Source: an uncultured Gammaproteobacteria bacterium (lineage in GTDB: Bacteria > Patescibacteriota > Patescibacteriia > 2-12-FULL-60-25). Taken from it: DNA of 34,283 nt. The notes under the pieces were generated by a model. The model saw only the letters and a program-made list of their open reading frames with translations. It had not been told where the DNA came from and searched no databases. This document shows, one piece after another, positions 30,969 through 34,283 of the stretch. The DNA is taken from positions 1 to 34,283 of the forward strand of contig CAYGGQ010000001.1 in the NCBI GenBank assembly GCA_964349535.1, in the 5' to 3' direction. Positions within the stretch are counted from its first letter, which is position 1. Every line of letters starts with the position of its first letter. Made by a program: the position numbers and the translations under genes.

Positions 30969-32430
30969 CGTCGTGAGGTTCGTCAGCCACGGTGACGAGG
31001 GGCGACGTGCGTCGACGTAGCCACGGCATGAATACCAGTAGATCCTGTAAGGAGAAGAGTCGCGTAACCAATAAGAGGACCAACGCTAACGCTCCTGTGA
31101 AAAGAACGGCCATCGGCAAGGGCATAAGGATGGCCACAAAACGAATCGCGAACCAGACGATGGCTGCGACGCACACGCCACGAAAGACGAGCCAAACAGC
31201 CCATGTCATGCTCGGAATGTCCTTTCTCACGAACCAACCACCGATGAGCAGTAACGCGATGAACGTCACGACACCAGAGATGGCTGCCCCAGATGAACCG
31301 TACAGGGGAACAAGAAACAGATTTCCAATGATATTGATGACCATGGCAACCCCCATCGCCGTTGTCTTCCGTGACGCGCGGCGTGTGGCATTTAATAAAG
31401 AACCGATGGGAAAGTCTAAAAAGATAGGAATGAGCACCCACGGTAAAATACTCATCGGAGCGATAGATGCTGCATAAGCCTGACCGTAGATCAACGGGAT
31501 GAATCGCGGTGCAAATCCAGAAAGGAGGGCAGCGATTGGAGCTGATATCAACATCATCAGACGCAAGGAACCGGAAAAAATCTTTTTCAAACCATCATGG
31601 TCACCCTTCGCGTGTACCGCGCTCATGCTTGGGTATAGCGCCGCGACAAACGTCAACGGCAAAAACTGCAAAGCGTAGGTGACTTTGTAAGCCACCGCGT
31701 AATAACCCACCTCTGCGTCATGATGAAACTGTCGCAAGAGCAGCGTATCGACATAAGAATAGACTTTGACGAAGATGCCGGCCAAGGCGAATGGCAACGC
31801 TTGATGGAATAACTCTTTCCAAGGGGGTGTCGTGACTTCAACCTTTCGTCGCCGCACGTTCATCCATCCCCAGGCGACATTCCAGAGACTTCCCCCAATC
31901 AACGCCGCGATCAAACCGTAGACGCCCCAGCCTAAAAAAACCGCGGTGATACTCAAGGCAGCCGTAACACACTGACCGACGAACATGCCGAGCGCTTCAA
32001 ACCGCAAACGCTGCTGACCACGCAAAATGCCGTAGAAAATTAAAGACACGGCATCGAGCGACATAACAAAACAGGCGAGGGCGACGGCTAGTACCACCTC
32101 TTGCTGACCTGTCGCGAAATGCGCATAGGTCAACGCGCCCATGATGGCGATCGGAATCAACGTGGCCTTCACGGCCAACGCGCGGCGAACCATCGCCCAC
32201 CCACGCGTTTCGTCTGCCGCCATCTCTCGAATCACGACAGGCGTCAATCCGAGATCCGTCAATACGACAAAAATCGACGTAATCGAAACCGCGTAAAAAA
32301 ACTGCCCCGTCACCTCTGCCCCCAACCATCGCGCCACGACAGTGAATGTAACAAAAGCAATGACTTTTTGCGCCATCGTGGCACCCATGAGCCACATGGC
32401 GTTTTGAGCAATCTTTTGACCGTGAGACAT
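30961..32430 (-). CDS. Oligosaccharide/polysaccharide flippase (Wzx, MOP superfamily).
   Basis: 489 aa with about 12-14 TM segments. N-terminus IAQNAMWLMGATMAQKVIAFVTFTVVARWLG. Confidence 0.75.
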   Translation of the reverse strand: MSHGQKIAQNAMWLMGATMAQKVIAFVTFTVVARWLGAEVTGQFFYAVSITSIFVVLTDLGLTPVVIREMAADETRGWAMVRRALAVKATLIPIAIMGALTYAHFATGQQEVVLAVALACFVMSLDAVSLIFYGILRGQQRLRFEALGMFVGQCVTAALSITAVFLGWGVYGLIAALIGGSLWNVAWGWMNVRRRKVEVTTPPWKELFHQALPFALAGIFVKVYSYVDTLLLRQFHHDAEVGYYAVAYKVTYALQFLPLTFVAALYPSMSAVHAKGDHDGLKKIFSGSLRLMMLISAPIAALLSGFAPRFIPLIYGQAYAASIAPMSILPWVLIPIFLDFPIGSLLNATRRASRKTTAMGVAMVINIIGNLFLVPLYGSSGAAISGVVTFIALLLIGGWFVRKDIPSMTWAVWLVFRGVCVAAIVWFAIRFVAILMPLPMAVLFTGALALVLLLVTRLFSLQDLLVFMPWLRRRTSPLVTVADEPHDDV

Positions 32431-32468
32431 GCCTACAGCCTACGCTAAAGCGAAGAAATAAAAAAGGC

Positions 32469-33620
32469 TCACGCCTTCACACTCCCCGCCACCTTCTCCA
32501 CCAATCCTACATCAAAAAGTGTGGGGATGATGCGTTCGGCAGTTGGCTCTCCGATCATCCCAGCAATGGCTTCGGCCGCACGAATTTTGATCGTGTCCGT
32601 TATATGCATCACCCCCTGATCTAGCATGCCACGAAACAAACCTGGATAGCACAGGGCATTGTTTATCTGATTAGGAAAATCGCTGCGACCCGTTGCCAGC
32701 ACCATGATCCCGGCCTCACGCGCGACATCTGGTAAAATTTCTGGCACGGGGTTTGCTAAAGCAAACACGATTGAACCCGGAGCGAGCGACTCGGCAATCT
32801 CTTTGGTAAACGTTCCGGGGCCACTGACTCCGATCAAAACATCCGCACCACGCGCAACATCCGCGAGTGCCCCTCGTAGACTGTCCTTGTTGGTAAATGC
32901 CGCGAGCATCTTTTTTTCTTCGTTCAGCCCCTCACGTTCCGCAAAAATGGCGCCCTGACGATCCACGGCGATAAAATGACGAACACCAGCCTGCATCAAC
33001 AACTTGGCGATCGCGATTCCCGCCGCTCCGGCACCACTCTGCACCACGCGAACCTCCTCCATACGTTTTCCAACGACCTTGAGCGCATTGATCAACCCCG
33101 CCAACACCACAATCGCCGTACCATGCTGATCATCGTGCATAACGGGAATCGTGAGTTCCGCCTGCAACCGTTGTTCAATCTCAAAACAGCGCGGGGATGA
33201 AATGTCTTCCAGCTGAATAGCTCCAAAACTCGGCGCGATGGCCTTTACCGTCGCAATAATTTGTTCGACGTCTTGCGTCGCAAGTACGATAGGAATCGCA
33301 TCAATCCCTGCAAACTGCTTAAAGATGGCGCACTTCCCCTCCATCACGGGCAGAGCCGCCGCTGGACCAAGATTGCCGAGACCTAAAACCGCAGAACCGT
33401 CAGACACAACCGCGACGGTATTCTTGCGCCACGTAAGACGGTCAGCGTCTTCAGGATGGTCGGCGATCTGTTGCGAAACCGCGCCAACTCCAGGCGTATA
33501 CACGAGCGCCAGATCAGCCATGTCCTGTATCGGCGTCTTGGCGCGCATCTCAATCTTCCCCCGCAATTTCACGTGAAGTTCAAGGGCCTTTTGACTATTA
33601 TCATTTAAGGGCATTTCCAT
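32469..33620 (-). CDS. NAD(P)-dependent malic enzyme.
   Basis: Contains LALVYTPGVGAV, VVSDGSAVLGLGNLGP, ALPVMEGKCAIFKQFAGIDAIPI and GAGAAGIAIAKLL. Start set to ATG 33620 (MEMPLND...), because the ORF-track TTG (33662) and ATG 33632 fall inside or immediately after the putative promoter. The start is uncertain by up to 14 codons. Confidence 0.88.
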   Translation of the reverse strand: MEMPLNDNSQKALELHVKLRGKIEMRAKTPIQDMADLALVYTPGVGAVSQQIADHPEDADRLTWRKNTVAVVSDGSAVLGLGNLGPAAALPVMEGKCAIFKQFAGIDAIPIVLATQDVEQIIATVKAIAPSFGAIQLEDISSPRCFEIEQRLQAELTIPVMHDDQHGTAIVVLAGLINALKVVGKRMEEVRVVQSGAGAAGIAIAKLLMQAGVRHFIAVDRQGAIFAEREGLNEEKKMLAAFTNKDSLRGALADVARGADVLIGVSGPGTFTKEIAESLAPGSIVFALANPVPEILPDVAREAGIMVLATGRSDFPNQINNALCYPGLFRGMLDQGVMHITDTIKIRAAEAIAGMIGEPTAERIIPTLFDVGLVEKVAGSVKA

Positions 33621-33633
33621 AGGATAAGTCATT

Positions 33634-33662
33634 ACTATAGTTGAGTTCGGATCAGATGACAA
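33634..33662 (-). promoter_or_regulatory. Putative promoter for the malic enzyme gene.
   Basis: Minus strand reads TTGTCA (33662-33657), a 17-nt spacer, then TATAGT (33639-33634). Confidence 0.4.
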
Positions 33663-33732
33663 TCCATTGACAATCCCTCTATTTCATGAAAAAATAGACT
33701 CGTTCTTTTCAATGCAGTACAAGGAGACCAAC

Positions 33733-34283
33733 ATGTACGTCTACGTTGCCCGTCATGCGCGTACGGACTGGAACGATCAAGATCGTATCCAGGGTCAAAC
33801 CAACACTGTTCTCAATGAGCGAGGGTTGCGGCAAGCAAAACAGCTCGCGCGAGCATTAAGCACGGTCTGTCCGCCGCCAGTTGAAATCGTGAGTTCTGAT
33901 CTTCATCGAGCTCGCCAAACGGCTACCGTCGTTGCGCTCACTCTTGGCTTACCGCCCGTGGTGCATGATCGCCGCCTTCGTGAATGTCATCATGGGGCTC
34001 TCGAGGGTCAATTCCGAACGGCTGTCAAACGTAAACACGGCGACCTCTACCTCGACGCAGACAACCCCGCCTACGACTACGGCTCTGTGGGTGGGGAAAA
34101 CCACGCACAGGTCCTTCGACGTCATCTTGATCTCCTTCGTGACCTACACAAAAAAGACCAGCTTGAACACTGTCTGCTGGTCGGTCACGGAGGATCCCTG
34201 ATGACGCTTCTCCGCTTTCTTCATCACGATGGCACGCTCGCCGAGCAAGGTGATTTCACCCTCATTGATTTCAACCCAGAGCT
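33733..34283 (+). CDS. Histidine phosphatase (phosphoglycerate mutase-like) family protein. Partial: the 3' end runs off the window.
   Basis: Absent from the ORF track because no stop lies in the window. RBS AAGGAG is at 33721 and ATG at 33733. Translation: MYVYVARHARTDWNDQDRIQGQTNTVLNERGLRQA...SSDLHRARQTA...LLVGHGGSL, carrying the RHG-type catalytic motif. Confidence 0.8.
   Translation, partial: MYVYVARHARTDWNDQDRIQGQTNTVLNERGLRQAKQLARALSTVCPPPVEIVSSDLHRARQTATVVALTLGLPPVVHDRRLRECHHGALEGQFRTAVKRKHGDLYLDADNPAYDYGSVGGENHAQVLRRHLDLLRDLHKKDQLEHCLLVGHGGSLMTLLRFLHHDGTLAEQGDFTLIDFNPE

Noticed and set aside
1-34283. CRISPR arrays, rRNA genes, transposase or integrase genes.
   Set aside because: A scan by eye of intergenic regions and the ORF track found no regularly spaced direct repeats, no rRNA-like sequence, and no DDE, tyrosine or serine recombinase motif.

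Overview
The window reads as a compact, gene-dense bacterial chromosome segment of about 50% GC. Many genes are translationally coupled through ATGA overlaps. The gene content is consistent with a small-genome (possibly Patescibacteria/CPR-like) organism, but I cannot prove the taxonomy from sequence alone.

Housekeeping and envelope genes dominate. They include gyrB (partial), a SEDS FtsW/RodA protein, two tRNAs, FtsB, pgsA-like, a lytic transglycosylase, NUDIX, an S41 peptidase, murA, HIT, a GT-C glycosyltransferase, a PriA-like protein, def, fmt, a Wzx/GT4/GT2/O-antigen-ligase cluster, malic enzyme and a histidine phosphatase (partial).

Two accessory insertions stand out:

1. A complete diversity-generating retroelement (DGR) at about 22.7-25.7 kb, wedged between def and fmt.
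   - It has a DGR-type reverse transcriptase, an Avd four-helix-bundle gene, a 135-bp template repeat (TR) and a matching variable repeat (VR) at the 3' end of a target gene.
   - All 16 TR/VR mismatches fall on TR adenines.
   - The layout is atypical. avd is inverted and diverges from the RT across a 28-bp palindromic gap. The TR is bracketed by its own hairpin. The target gene is about 20 GC points richer than the RT gene.
   - The variable region lacks the canonical C-type-lectin VR signature that I can recognise by eye.
2. A two-gene module at 3.4-6.0 kb, bracketed by tRNA-Gly and tRNA-Thr. It encodes an SF2 DExH helicase fused to a C-terminal sigma-70 region-4 domain, plus an 80-aa orphan protein.

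Smaller observations:
- a 103-nt nested palindromic element inside the glycan operon;
- a thrice-repeated GC-clamped hairpin;
- a PriA-like protein without a Walker A motif;
- a 20-nt initiation module shared by def and the malic enzyme gene.

No CRISPR array or rRNA gene was found.
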